This document shows, one piece after another, positions 53,807 through 63,566 of a stretch of DNA of 64,000 nucleotides. Source of the stretch: an uncultured Chloroflexia bacterium (GTDB taxonomy: Bacteria; Chloroflexota; Dehalococcoidia; UBA2979); assembly GCA_963728205.1 (NCBI GenBank), contig CAVSIV010000006.1:928001-992000 (forward strand), written 5' to 3'. Both the position numbers and the translations under genes were made by a program. The notes under the pieces are model-generated. The model saw only the letters and a list, made by a program, of their open reading frames with translations. It ran no database searches and was not told where the DNA came from. Positions within the stretch are counted from its first letter, which is position 1, and each line of letters opens with the position of its first letter.

Positions 53807-54589
53807 ATGCCTCCAGTGACCGCCGAACCCCGCGTGCAGTCGCGACGCCTGCGCATCCCGCGCGAAGGTCCGCTCGACCCGGAGCAAGCGGTCGCCGCAT
53901 TGCGCCGCGCGATCGAGCAGGGCGAGGACTGGTACCTCGCGTTGCTCACCGTGATCGGCCGCTGGAGCGCACCGACCGAGGAGGTCGACCGCGTTCCCTA
54001 CCGCTACCTGATCGCCGGCGAGGCATTTGACTGGCTGCTGCTCGCCCAGCGCCTGCTGTCGGAGGTCACGGACCTGGTCTCGCTGCGCGAGGTCGAGCGC
54101 CTGCTCGTCTTCGGCATCGCGCCGGACGGCGGCGATGAGGAAACGTTCGAGCAGGCGATCGGCGCGGCGAAGTACCGCGCGCACCTCAACTTCCAGTACG
54201 GCGTCGTCGTCGAGGAGCTGCTGCTCCTCACGGTCGAGCAGGAGCTGCAGAAGGCGGGCCGGCTCGTCGGGGCCGGGCAGCCGCAGCCGGACGTGCTCGC
54301 GTACGAGCATGTCTACGGGAAGACGCTCGAGGAGCTACAGGTTCTCTACTTCAGCGAGACGGACTGCACGCTCGGCGAGACCGTGAGCCAGCAGGAGCTG
54401 CAGGCATTCACGTACTGGTGCTCGAAGTACCGTGTCCGCGCCGGCGAGCCGGCGCGCGTGGCCTCGGACACGCGCAAGGCGGTCGCGCTGATGTCGCGGC
54501 TGGAGCGCGGACGCGCGCGGCTCGGCGGCCTCACGCCGGAGCGGCGCGTCGACCTGCGCGTGCGCCGCACCCGGCGCCGGCGCCGCTAG
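53807..54589 (+). CDS. Hypothetical protein
   Basis: Globular ORF with typical codon usage (YRYLIAGEAFDWLLLA). No family recognised. Confidence 0.75.
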   Translation: MPPVTAEPRVQSRRLRIPREGPLDPEQAVAALRRAIEQGEDWYLALLTVIGRWSAPTEEVDRVPYRYLIAGEAFDWLLLAQRLLSEVTDLVSLREVERLLVFGIAPDGGDEETFEQAIGAAKYRAHLNFQYGVVVEELLLLTVEQELQKAGRLVGAGQPQPDVLAYEHVYGKTLEELQVLYFSETDCTLGETVSQQELQAFTYWCSKYRVRAGEPARVASDTRKAVALMSRLERGRARLGGLTPERRVDLRVRRTRRRRR

Positions 54590-54691
54590 CCGCTCCCGCC
54601 GGTCGTCGCGCCGCGCGGATGCCCCTCCCGCCCTCATACGCTACGATCGGCTGGCCTCGCGGCCGCCTCCGGGCCGGTGCGCGACCGGCGA

Positions 54692-54766
54692 GCCGGTGTA
54701 GCTCAGTGGTAGAGCAGCTGTTTCGTAAACAGCAGGTCGAGGGTTCGAGTCCCCCCGCCGGCTCCA
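54692..54766 (+). tRNA. tRNA-Thr(CGT)
   Basis: Acceptor GCCGGTG/CGCCGGC, D-arm AGCTCAGTGGTAGAGC, anticodon loop TTCGTAA, GGTTCGAGTCC T-arm, encoded CCA. Confidence 0.96.
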
Positions 54767-54840
54767 GCATCACCTCGCTCCGCCATCACCCCCTCGCGCC
54801 GCCGACCGGGTCGGCCCCGCCCTGCTGAACGGGAATCTCG

Positions 54841-55594
54841 ATGAGCAAGCTCCGCCGCCGCATCCGCAACCTCGGCCGGACCGCGAACGCGGGCATCGGC
54901 TTCGCCGCGATGCGCCACGCCGAACCGGTGCGCCAGCTGCTTGTCGTCGCCGATGTCGCGTCGGCGGACGCCGCGGCCGCGGTGGAGGCCGGCGCCGACG
55001 TGCTGCTCGCCGGGCCCGACCGCCTCGCCAACGCGGTGGCGGCGGCGGGCGACCGACCCGTCGGCGTCCGACTCGACGCCGCGGGCGTCGAGGCCGTCCG
55101 CGCGGCCGAGGAGGCCGGCGCAGACTTCTTCATCTTCGACGACGCCCAGACGCCAGCCGCTGCCCTGCTCTCCGGCGGCGACGACCGCCGTGCCGAGATC
55201 GGTCGCGTGCTCCGGCTCGAGTCCGGCGCGAACGACGAGCGGCTGCGTACGCTCGCCGCCCTCGGGCTCGACGCGCTGCTCGTGCCCGACGCCCGCCCCG
55301 GCATGTCGGTCCGCGATCAGCTCGCCCTGCGGCGCGTCGCCAATCTCCGCCGGCGCCGTGCTGATGGCCGTCGTCGACGCCGCTCCCACCGCCGAGACGC
55401 TCGAGGTCTGGCGCGACGCCGGTACCCGGCTCGTCGTCGTGCCCGGCGACGCCGCTACCGTCCGGAGCGCAGCAGATGCCGTCGCGGCGGTACCTGCGCC
55501 CCGCCGCGCGCGCGACACGGACCGCTCGACCCCGCTGGTGCCGGTGCTCGGCGGTCACCAGCACGACCCCGACGAGGTCGAGGAGCCCTTCTAG
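54841..55594 (+). CDS. Hypothetical TIM-barrel-like protein (frameshift near 55347)
   Basis: Coding frame switches at AATCTCCGCC. Alternating beta/alpha pattern; function not recognised. Confidence 0.6.
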
Positions 55595-55654
55595 CCGACG
55601 GCGGGCGGATCCGCCATTTGGCGAGTGCACGTCCCATTGCCCGCGACACCAACC

Positions 55655-55731
55655 CTTACGTAAGATGCACATGACGAGCGTGCGCCAGGTGTCGCGTTTC
55701 GTTGACTGCCCGCTTCGGGCGTCTCTAGGAT
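55655..55731 (+). promoter_or_regulatory. Palindrome CTTACGTAAG and sigma70-like promoter of the MerR gene
   Basis: CTTACGTAAG at 55655-55664; TTGACT-18 bp-TAGGAT at 55702-55731. Confidence 0.55.
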
Positions 55732-55741
55732 TCGAACTGAG

Positions 55742-56221
55742 ATGACCGAAACGACGCCGGAGAAGGGTGCCCGCTATCAGATCGGCGAAGTCGCCGAGAA
55801 GACGGGCGTTACCCAGCGCACCCTTCGCTTCTACGAAGAAAAGGGCCTGCTCAAGCCCCCCGAGCGCATGGACGGCGGCTTCCGGCTCTACTCCGACAGC
55901 GACGTCAAGCGCATCGAATTCATCAAGCGCCTGCAGGATCTGCTCGGGTTCACGCTCTCCGAGATCAAGGAGATGGTCGAGGCCGAGGAGCTGCGGCAGC
56001 AGATCGTCGACACCTTCCGGCCGGACCGTGAGCTCCCCGCGCGCAAGCAGCGCACGGAGCAGATCATCAACGCGATCGAGCAGCAGCTCTCGGTGGTGGA
56101 CCGCAAGGTCGAGCAGCTTACCGAGATGCAGCAGGAGCTGCGCGAGCGCCTCACGAACCTCAACCGCCGTCGCCAGCAGATCGAGGAAGCGATGGAGCAG
56201 GGCATCGCGCTCGAAAGCTAG
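55742..56221 (+). CDS. MerR family transcriptional regulator
   Basis: YQIGEVAEKTGVTQRTLRFYEEKGLL...GFRLY...LGFTLSEIK. Confidence 0.95.
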   Translation: MTETTPEKGARYQIGEVAEKTGVTQRTLRFYEEKGLLKPPERMDGGFRLYSDSDVKRIEFIKRLQDLLGFTLSEIKEMVEAEELRQQIVDTFRPDRELPARKQRTEQIINAIEQQLSVVDRKVEQLTEMQQELRERLTNLNRRRQQIEEAMEQGIALES

Positions 56222-56250
56222 CGCGCCCGCGTCCCACGCGTTTCCGCCGC

Positions 56251-56712
56251 TTAGGTGCCCCCGGCAATCTCGCGCACGAGCTTGAGCGCGCCCTGCGGGT
56301 GGGCGTTCATGTCGCGCTGATCGTCCACGACGCCGCGCAGCATGCCGTCCGCGTCGAACACGAACGTCGCGCGCATTGCCGTCGGCGCCCCCTCGCGCCC
56401 CACGCCGAACGCCGCGATCGTCGCGTAGGTCGGCCAGTCGGACAGCACCGGGAACGTCAGCGCGTTCTGCTCGGCGAACGCGCCGAGCGATGCGAACGTG
56501 TCCGCGCTGATGCCCGCCACGCGGGCCCCGAGAGACTCCAGCTGGTCGCTGACCTCCTGGAATCCCCGCATCTCGGTGGTTCAGCCGCCGGTGAAGGCCA
56601 TCGGGAAGAAGGCGAGGACGGCAGGCGCGCCGGCGAACGCGTCCTGGGTGACCTCCTCGCGCTTCGCGTTGCGGAGCGTGAATGCGGGCATGCGCTCGCC
56701 GGCCTGCAACAT
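56251..56712 (-). CDS. Peroxiredoxin (AhpC/TSA, AhpE/Bcp-like), selenocysteine-containing
   Basis: LAFFPMAFTGG-TGA-TTEMRGF: the in-frame UGA (56581-56583) is exactly at the peroxidatic Cys position, and the frame continues (GISAD, FPVLSD, RATFVFD). Confidence 0.88.
56531..56567 (-). promoter_or_regulatory. Putative bacterial SECIS hairpin
   Basis: mRNA GAUUCCAG..GGUC-AGC-GACC..CUGGAGUC, starting about 16 nt after the UGA. Confidence 0.65.
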
Positions 56713-56737
56713 CGCGTACCTCCCTGTGCGGCCTGAC

Positions 56738-56986
56738 TCAGTGACCGCCGGCGTGCGGCTGGTCGGGCTTCTGGAAGTCCCAGTCGAGGTGGCGTTCGCG
56801 GCGGTAGAGGTATCCGACCGTCGCGACGACAAACAGCCCGACGACGGCCAGGCCGGTCACGAGCATCACGACGTGCCAGTCGGTGGCCGAGGGAAGCGCC
56901 CGGTCCTGCGCCTCCTGCGCGGCGGCGATGACCGGCACGGCCGCCGCGACGAGCCCCACCAGCAGCCCACGCACCAGCTTGCTCAT
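56738..56986 (-). CDS. Small membrane protein
   Basis: Signal-like N-terminus and one TM segment; GGAGG RBS. Confidence 0.65.
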   Translation of the reverse strand: MSKLVRGLLVGLVAAAVPVIAAAQEAQDRALPSATDWHVVMLVTGLAVVGLFVVATVGYLYRRERHLDWDFQKPDQPHAGGH

Positions 56987-57183
56987 CGCCAACCCTCCGC
57001 TCGACGCGCTTCCGCGCGCGCAGTCTACCCCGGGAGTGTCGTACGCGGGACCGCCGCCAGCCGAGCCCGCAAACCTGTGGGCGTGCCGTCAGCGGCGACG
57101 ACCGCGCGTCTCAGGTGTCCTCCTGCCGCCAGCGAGCGCGGACGGACGCACCCGCGGGTTGGCACACGTCATAAGATCCATCC

Positions 57184-59388
57184 ATGCGCCGACCCGTGTT
57201 CGCCGTCGTCGCTGTTTGCGCTTTCGCCGCTGTGCTCATCGCCTTCTCTCCGCCCCTGTCGCACCCGACCGAGGCGCCGCCGCCGGTTGTCGCCGGGGCG
57301 CCGGTCAGAACCACGTCGACCACCACGGCGGTCTCGTCCGGGACGGCACCGCCAGCGGCCACGGCCACCCCGCCTCTCCCGACCGCAGTCGTACGCGCCG
57401 CGCCGGAATTGCTCACCACCGCACTGCACGCCACCATCACCGCTGCGAGCCACGCGCTCGACGCGGCGTCGCGGGACGACCGGGTCCTGTACGCGGCGGG
57501 GCTTCGCGCTCGCGACGCCGGGTCGTACGCGTACGCGGTCGACGCCTGGCGCACCGTGGTCGGGCGCGGCGGGCCGCTCGCGCCCGTTGCCAGCCTGCGG
57601 ATGGCCCAGGCACTCGTCTCGGCCGGGCGCCGCGAAGAGGCGGCCACCGCGTTCGCAGCCACGGTCGCGCGCGCCGACCTCCCGGCCGCGCTCGTGACCG
57701 CCGCCCGCTCCGACGCCGCGGACAACGCCGCCGCGCTCAACGACACGCCGGCGGCGCTCGAGCTGCTGCACGCGATCCGCGACGACGAGGACGCAAGCAC
57801 CTACGACCGCGCGGCCGCGGCCTGGCAGGCCGCGCAACTCCGACGCGACGCCGCCGACCCCGCATGGACCGACGACGCCGCAGCAGCGATCGTGCTGCAG
57901 CCGGCGTCGAGCGCCGCGCAGCGCGCGCTCGACGCGCTGGACTCGCTGCGGACGCTCGTCGCCAGCACCGGCGGCTCCGCCGCCGTTCCGCCACTGACCG
58001 CCGCCTACGTCCGCTACCGCGCCTATGCGAACGACGACGCCACGACGCGCTATCGCGCCGTCGTCGACGAGCCGTCCAGCGACCACGACGCCGCCATCGC
58101 CTGGTTCTACCTCGGGGCGCTCGCCGAGCGCTCCGACTCCCCGGAGACCGCGCTCGCTGACTACGCGAAGTCGGTTTCCGCCGACCCGGCCGGCTCGCTC
58201 GCCGACGACGCCCGCTACTGGCGCGCGCGCATCTACGACGAACGAGGCGACGTCGGCGCTGCCGTCGCCGAGTACGACCGCCTGGTGAGCGACTTTCCGG
58301 AGTCGGCCTTCGCGCCGGACGCGCGGATGGGAGCAGCGCTGCTGCTCGCGCTCCACGGGAACGCCGCCGACGCGCTCTCGCGGCTTGACGCGATCGCCCA
58401 CGTCGCGGGCGCCGACGCGGCGGCCGCCGCTCGCTGGTCGGAGGTCTTCCGCGCCGAGTACGAGCTTCCAGCGAACCCGTCGGTCGACCCGAAGGCGATC
58501 GACCCCACAGCGCTCCCGTCGCTCATCGACGCGCACTCGGCCGAGCCGCTCCCGCCGGCCGCACTCACGGAGGAGCCCATCCTCCCGCGCAACGACGCAG
58601 CCGTGGACCCGTGGATGCGCGCGACGTTCGGGCCGCCGCCCGCGGACCCCGCCGCTGTGCTCAGCGATCCCGACTACGTGCTGGGGCGGCTACTCGTCGG
58701 CGTCGGCGAGACGAGCGTCGGTCGGGCGCTCCTGCGCGGGGTTGTCGCCGGCCATCGCGACAACGCCTACGCGCTGCTCACGCTCGCGCGCACGGCGCGG
58801 GACCTCGACCTCCCTGACATCGAGCTGAATGCCGCCACACGACTTCTGTCGTCGCTCTCGACCAATCAGAGACTCTCGACGCCAAGATCGGTGCTCGCGC
58901 TCGCATATCCGGCTCCGTATCTCGCTGATGCAACGACGTCCGCGCGAACGGCGCATCTGCCCACGTTGCTGCTGCTCGCGCTCGTGCGCCAGGAGTCGGC
59001 GTTCGATCCGTCTGCCGGCTCGATCGCCGGAGCGGTCGGCCTGACGCAGGTCACGCCCGGCACGGGCGAGCAGATCGCGAAGGCGCTGGGGGCGACATGG
59101 ACCCCCGCGATGCTCCTGGACCCGTCGACGTCGCTCGAGTTCGGCGCGTACTACCTGGCCGCGCAGCTCGATGCATTCGACGGCAACGTGTTCGCGGCGC
59201 TCGCGGCGTACAACGGCGGCCCCGGCAATGCGGCCCGCTGGGAGGCCTCAGCCCCGTTCTCCGGCGCGGACGGCTATCTGCTCGCCGTCGACTACAGTGA
59301 GACCGACGCGTACTTGAACCGCGTTCTGGAAAACTACGCGTGGTACCGCTACATCTACGCCGGGACCAACGCACCATCGCTGCGCTAG
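57184..59388 (+). CDS. Lytic transglycosylase (SLT domain) with TPR-like repeats
   Basis: LVRQESAF, GAVGLTQV, ALAAYNGGPG, ET..Y motifs; N-terminal anchor. Confidence 0.9.
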   Translation: MRRPVFAVVAVCAFAAVLIAFSPPLSHPTEAPPPVVAGAPVRTTSTTTAVSSGTAPPAATATPPLPTAVVRAAPELLTTALHATITAASHALDAASRDDRVLYAAGLRARDAGSYAYAVDAWRTVVGRGGPLAPVASLRMAQALVSAGRREEAATAFAATVARADLPAALVTAARSDAADNAAALNDTPAALELLHAIRDDEDASTYDRAAAAWQAAQLRRDAADPAWTDDAAAAIVLQPASSAAQRALDALDSLRTLVASTGGSAAVPPLTAAYVRYRAYANDDATTRYRAVVDEPSSDHDAAIAWFYLGALAERSDSPETALADYAKSVSADPAGSLADDARYWRARIYDERGDVGAAVAEYDRLVSDFPESAFAPDARMGAALLLALHGNAADALSRLDAIAHVAGADAAAAARWSEVFRAEYELPANPSVDPKAIDPTALPSLIDAHSAEPLPPAALTEEPILPRNDAAVDPWMRATFGPPPADPAAVLSDPDYVLGRLLVGVGETSVGRALLRGVVAGHRDNAYALLTLARTARDLDLPDIELNAATRLLSSLSTNQRLSTPRSVLALAYPAPYLADATTSARTAHLPTLLLLALVRQESAFDPSAGSIAGAVGLTQVTPGTGEQIAKALGATWTPAMLLDPSTSLEFGAYYLAAQLDAFDGNVFAALAAYNGGPGNAARWEASAPFSGADGYLLAVDYSETDAYLNRVLENYAWYRYIYAGTNAPSLR

Positions 59389-59431
59389 CGCGAACGCGCT
59401 TCGGCCGGGCGACCGCGCAGAGGACGGGCGC

Positions 59432-60554
59432 GTGACGCGTCGATCCCGCATCTGGAGCGCGGTGACCGTTGCGGCCTTCGCGGTGGGGTCGCTCATCACC
59501 CTCACGTCACGCGAGAGCGCTCCCACGTCAGCATCCGGATGCTGCGCGACCGGGACATATGGCACGAGCGGCCAAGCGTTCGCGGCGGCGCAGCATCCGG
59601 CGTCGGCGGCCGTTACGTCGAACGCGGGGCCGGTCCCGTCGCTCCGGATCGCGCCGCCGGCAATCAGTGCTGCGTCGGCCGTCGTGATGGACGTCGGGAC
59701 GGGTGCCATCCTCTACACGCTTCACCCCGATCGACCGATGCCGCCGGCAAGCCTGACGAAGATCGCGACCGCACTGGTCGCAATCGACAGTGGCCGCCTG
59801 AACGACTGGGTGACCGTGCGGCCGGACATCGACTCGCTCGCGTCGGACAGCAGCCTGATGGGGCTGCAGCCGGGTGACCGGTTCCGGCTGTCGGATCTGC
59901 TCTACGGGTTAATGTTGCCGTCGGGGAACGACGCGGCGGTCGCGATTGCGGACGCCGTCGCCGGCTCGCAGACCGGCTTCGTGGCGCGGATGAACGCACT
60001 CGCTCGGCGCCTGGGGCTCCGGGAGACGGTGTTCGCGGACAGCCATGGTCTGGGGGCCGAGGGGATCGCCGGCCGATACGGGAGCGGCGCGCGCAGCGCG
60101 TGGGCGCATCGCATGCGCGATCCGGACGGCATCGCGGGCGTGGCGCCGTCGCCCCCGCACGTCTCGTCGGCGCGCGACATCGCGCTGCTCGCGCGGGCGG
60201 CGCTGGCGCGACCGGAGATTGCGATGATCGCCGACACCCGCACCTGGGTGGCGCACGGCTCGCGCGACATCGAGATGTGGAACACGAACTCGCTGCTCTG
60301 GGACTACCCGGGCGCGAACGGTCTCAAGACCGGCTACACCGAGGAGGCCGGGCGCACGCTGGCGGCGACGGTGACGCGAGGGGGACACCGAGCTGATCGT
60401 CGTGCTGCTCGACGCGCCGCACCGCGATAGCGACGCGACGGCGCTGCTGAACTGGGCGTTCGGCACGTTCTGCTGGACGGGGACCTGCGCACCTGCGAAG
60501 GTGGAACGGGCACCCGCGGGCGGCCCAAGCGCCGCGGTGATGTCGTCTCCCTGA
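59432..60554 (+). CDS. D-alanyl-D-alanine carboxypeptidase (peptidase S11; frameshift near 60390)
   Basis: PASLTK (SxxK), PSGNDAA (SxN), GLKTGYT (KTG). C-terminus LIVVLLDA...ALLNWAF lies in the shifted frame. Confidence 0.88.
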
Positions 60555-60581
60555 GTGCACCCGGCCCAGCCCCGGTGTTGA

Positions 60582-60610
60582 TTGCTCGGACCGCAGTGCG
60601 TCTCTATACT
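60582..60610 (+). promoter_or_regulatory. Sigma70-like promoter for the rpmH operon
   Basis: TTGCTC-17 bp-TATACT. Confidence 0.6.
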
Positions 60611-60641
60611 CAGACGCCCAATCACGATCGGAGAGCGTGTC

Positions 60642-60779
60642 GTGCCGAAGCGGACGTGGCAACCCAAGCGGATTCCTCGCAAGCGCACGCACGGATTTCG
60701 CGCTCGCATGTCGACGAAGGGCGGGCGTGACGTGCTCGCTCGGCGCCGCGCGCGCGGGCGGAAGCGTCTCTCCGTCTAG
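60642..60779 (+). CDS. rpmH: 50S ribosomal protein L34
   Basis: KRTWQP...[29 protein letters not shown]. Confidence 0.97.
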   Translation: MPKRTWQPKRIPRKRTHGFRARMSTKGGRDVLARRRARGRKRLSV

Positions 60780-60791
60780 TTCCCACCCACG

Positions 60792-61160
60792 GTGACGCCC
60801 CCGGGGCGCGACGAGACGGGGCGCCGGGCGGAACGGCTCAGGCGCAGCCAGGACTTCAGGACGGTCATGCGGTACGGTCGGCGTGCGCGCCACCGTCTGC
60901 TACACGTTGCCGTTCACTGCAATCACCTCCCGCAGAGCCGGTTCGGCTTCGCGGTGGGCAAGCGGGTCGGGAAGGCCGTCGCGAGGAACCGGGTGAAGCG
61001 GCGGCTGAGAGCAATCATGCGAGAGCTTCCCGTGCGCGCCGGCTTCGACGTCGTATCCATCGCGCAGGAATCGGCCGCATCCGCAAGCTACGACGAGCTG
61101 CGGAGCGCTGCAGTCGAATGTCTGCGGCGCACGAAGACCCTTGAGCGCGAGAACACATGA
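60792..61160 (+). CDS. rnpA: Ribonuclease P protein component
   Basis: [32 protein letters not shown]. Confidence 0.95.
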   Translation: MTPPGRDETGRRAERLRRSQDFRTVMRYGRRARHRLLHVAVHCNHLPQSRFGFAVGKRVGKAVARNRVKRRLRAIMRELPVRAGFDVVSIAQESAASASYDELRSAAVECLRRTKTLERENT

Positions 61161-61411
61161 GACGTTTCGTCCTGTTCCTCCTGCGCGCATACCAGGCCGG
61201 CGTCTCGCCGACCCTCGGCGCGCGCTGTCGGTACGAACCCAGCTGCTCCCGGTACGCGTACGGGGCGATCGAGCGCTTCGGCGTGATTCGGGGTAGCTGG
61301 ATGGGCATCCGACGCCTCGTGCGTTGTCGGCCGGGGGTTGCTGGCGGCTACGACCCCGTTCCGCCAGTCGCAAGCGCCGTCCCCGACCAAGGCACGCGCC
61401 ATGCCGCATAG
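61157..61411 (+). CDS. yidD: Membrane protein insertion efficiency factor
   Basis: [21 protein letters not shown]. Confidence 0.95.
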   Translation: MRRFVLFLLRAYQAGVSPTLGARCRYEPSCSRYAYGAIERFGVIRGSWMGIRRLVRCRPGVAGGYDPVPPVASAVPDQGTRHAA

Positions 61412-62555
61412 CCCGGTGTTTCACGTGAAACACGTCGCGGACGCGCCTGCCGGCGCCCGGCACCGCGCGCGATGGGCCTTCGTCCTCGGGCTGCTCGGCC
61501 TGCTCGCGGTGCTGACGACCGCCTGTGAGCGCGTCGCCGCCCCCGAAGGGTGGGCCGCGCCACTGAACCAGGGGTCCGAGTACTACGCCCAGCTCGACAA
61601 GGGTGTGCTCTGGCAGTTCCAGATCGACGGGACGAACGTGAAGCGCGGCTGGCGCTACCCGGCCGCCGACGCGAAGTCCAAGTTCGACGCGATCTACGCC
61701 ACGCCGATCCTCCAGGACGGCGTGATTTACGTGGCAGCGCATAAGGGCCAGGTCGTCGCCCTCGACGTGACCTCAGGTCAGCCGCTGCCGGCCTGGGGCG
61801 GCGCCCCCGTTGACCTGAAGCAGGACATCGTCGCGACCCCGGTTCTCGCCGGGAAGCGGCTCATCCTCGCCACCGAGAACGGCGACCTGTACTCCATCAA
61901 CACCGCGAATGGCCAGGCGACGCGCCTGCTCAAGGGCGACGGTCGCATCTGGTCCGGGCTCGCGCGCAACGGGAGCACCGTCTTCCTCGGGAACCTGGAC
62001 GACCGCCGCGTGCGCGCCGTCAACATCGACTCGGGCGACATCGAGTGGGCGCAGTCGATCGCGGGCGCATCCATCGCGAACCTGGTGCTCGACGACCGTC
62101 TCCTGCTCGTCGGCTCGCTTGACCGCTCGCTGCACGCGCTCGACGTCAACGCCAACGGTACCCAGGCATGGAGTTTCACCGGCGACGGCTGGTTCGCCGC
62201 CCAGTCCACCTTTGACAGCGGCGCGATCTATGCCGCGACGCTCAAGGGCTCGGTATACGCGCTCGACCCATCGAACGGCTCTCAGCGCTGGTCGCTTCAC
62301 CGCGACGGCGAGTCCTTCCGCTCCCGCCCGGTCGTGATCGGACATACTCTCGTGATCACGAGCCGCGATGGCACGATCTTCGGCATCAACACCGCCGACG
62401 GCAGCGAACTCTGGCATCACGCGCTGCTCAACCAGCACGTCGACGCGGACCCGCTGGTCGTCGGCTCCGACGTCATCATCATCACCACGAGCGGCCAGCT
62501 CGATCGCGTCAATGCCGCCACCGGCGACACCCAGACCCTTGGCGCCGCGAGCTAG
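61401..62555 (+). CDS. PQQ-binding-like beta-propeller lipoprotein (BamB-like)
   Basis: Lipobox LTTAC; repeated ALD..G...W propeller motifs. Confidence 0.85.
   Translation: MPHSPVFHVKHVADAPAGARHRARWAFVLGLLGLLAVLTTACERVAAPEGWAAPLNQGSEYYAQLDKGVLWQFQIDGTNVKRGWRYPAADAKSKFDAIYATPILQDGVIYVAAHKGQVVALDVTSGQPLPAWGGAPVDLKQDIVATPVLAGKRLILATENGDLYSINTANGQATRLLKGDGRIWSGLARNGSTVFLGNLDDRRVRAVNIDSGDIEWAQSIAGASIANLVLDDRLLLVGSLDRSLHALDVNANGTQAWSFTGDGWFAAQSTFDSGAIYAATLKGSVYALDPSNGSQRWSLHRDGESFRSRPVVIGHTLVITSRDGTIFGINTADGSELWHHALLNQHVDADPLVVGSDVIIITTSGQLDRVNAATGDTQTLGAAS
61417..61432. promoter_or_regulatory. parS: parS centromere site
   Basis: Perfect palindrome TGTTTCACGTGAAACA. Confidence 0.9.
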
Positions 62556-62576
62556 CGCAAAGAACGGCCCCCGCTG

Positions 62577-63566
62577 ATGCCCATCGGCCTCGTCTACCGC
62601 ACCGTCCTCGAGACACCGCTCATCAACGTGATGGTCGCGCTCAGCGCGATCTCGTTCGGATCCTTCGGACTCGCCATCCTGATCTTCACCGTGTTCTCGC
62701 GCGCGGTGCTCTTCCCCCTCACCGTTCGCTCGCTGCACTCGATGCGCCACATGCAGGAGATCCAGCCGCGCCTGCAGGAGGTGCAGAAAAAGTACTCGGA
62801 TCCGCGACGGCGCTCCGAGGAGACGATGAAGCTCTACAAGGAGGCGGGGATCAACCCGATCGGCTGCCTCGGGCCGCAGCTGATCCAGTTCCCGGTCTTC
62901 ATCGCCCTCTACCAGGTCATCCGGCTCACCGTCGCGACGACCCCGGAGAGCGTGCTGAACCTGTCGCACCGCCTCTACGACTACCCGTTCATTCAAAACG
63001 CCATCCCGCTGAGCACGAAGTTCCTGGTGCTCGACCTGCGTGCCAACGGAGGGATCTTCCTCACCGCCATCGTCTTCGCCGCCATGTGGCTGCAGCAGCG
63101 CATCTCCGTCGGTCGCACCCCCTCGACGGCGGCGCAGAGCAACGCTCAGCAGCAGCAGCAGATGCAGACGATGATGCAGTGGATGATGCCGGCGCTGTTC
63201 TCCTGGTTCGTGCTGGTCGCGCCGGCCGGACTGGGCCTCTACTGGGCCGCCAGCACCATCATCGGCATCGTCCTGCAGTGGATCTTCGTGGGCCCGGGTG
63301 ATTTCACCTGGGGCTCGCTCATCCCCGCGGTCGCGCGCGAGCGCCTCGGCATGGGCCCGCACACGCCACGACGTCCACGTCCGGCGCCCCAGATTGCGAA
63401 TGGGCGCGATTCCAACCAGCAGTCCGAGGGGGATTCCGAAGCGAGGGATCACGATGAGGGTAGCGGAGACCAGCGGGAAGACGGTCGACGAAGCGGTAAC
63501 GCGCGCGCTCGGCCAACTCGGCCTGCGTCGCGATCAGGTCGACGTCGACGTCATCCGCGAGGGTAG
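62577..63566 (+). CDS. yidC: YidC/Oxa1 membrane protein insertase
   Basis: GLAILIFTV..R, MKLYKEAGINPIGCL, QFPVFIALY, GLGLYW. Confidence 0.95.
   Translation: MPIGLVYRTVLETPLINVMVALSAISFGSFGLAILIFTVFSRAVLFPLTVRSLHSMRHMQEIQPRLQEVQKKYSDPRRRSEETMKLYKEAGINPIGCLGPQLIQFPVFIALYQVIRLTVATTPESVLNLSHRLYDYPFIQNAIPLSTKFLVLDLRANGGIFLTAIVFAAMWLQQRISVGRTPSTAAQSNAQQQQQMQTMMQWMMPALFSWFVLVAPAGLGLYWAASTIIGIVLQWIFVGPGDFTWGSLIPAVARERLGMGPHTPRRPRPAPQIANGRDSNQQSEGDSEARDHDEGSGDQREDGRRSGNARARPTRPASRSGRRRRHPRG

Noticed and set aside
54692-54840. Integrative element at tRNA-Thr
   Set aside because: No integrase and no duplicated tRNA 3' end noticed in the window.
56581-56583. Nonsense mutation or pseudogene reading of the peroxiredoxin UGA
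   Set aside because: The UGA falls exactly at the catalytic position and is followed by a SECIS-like hairpin, favouring Sec.
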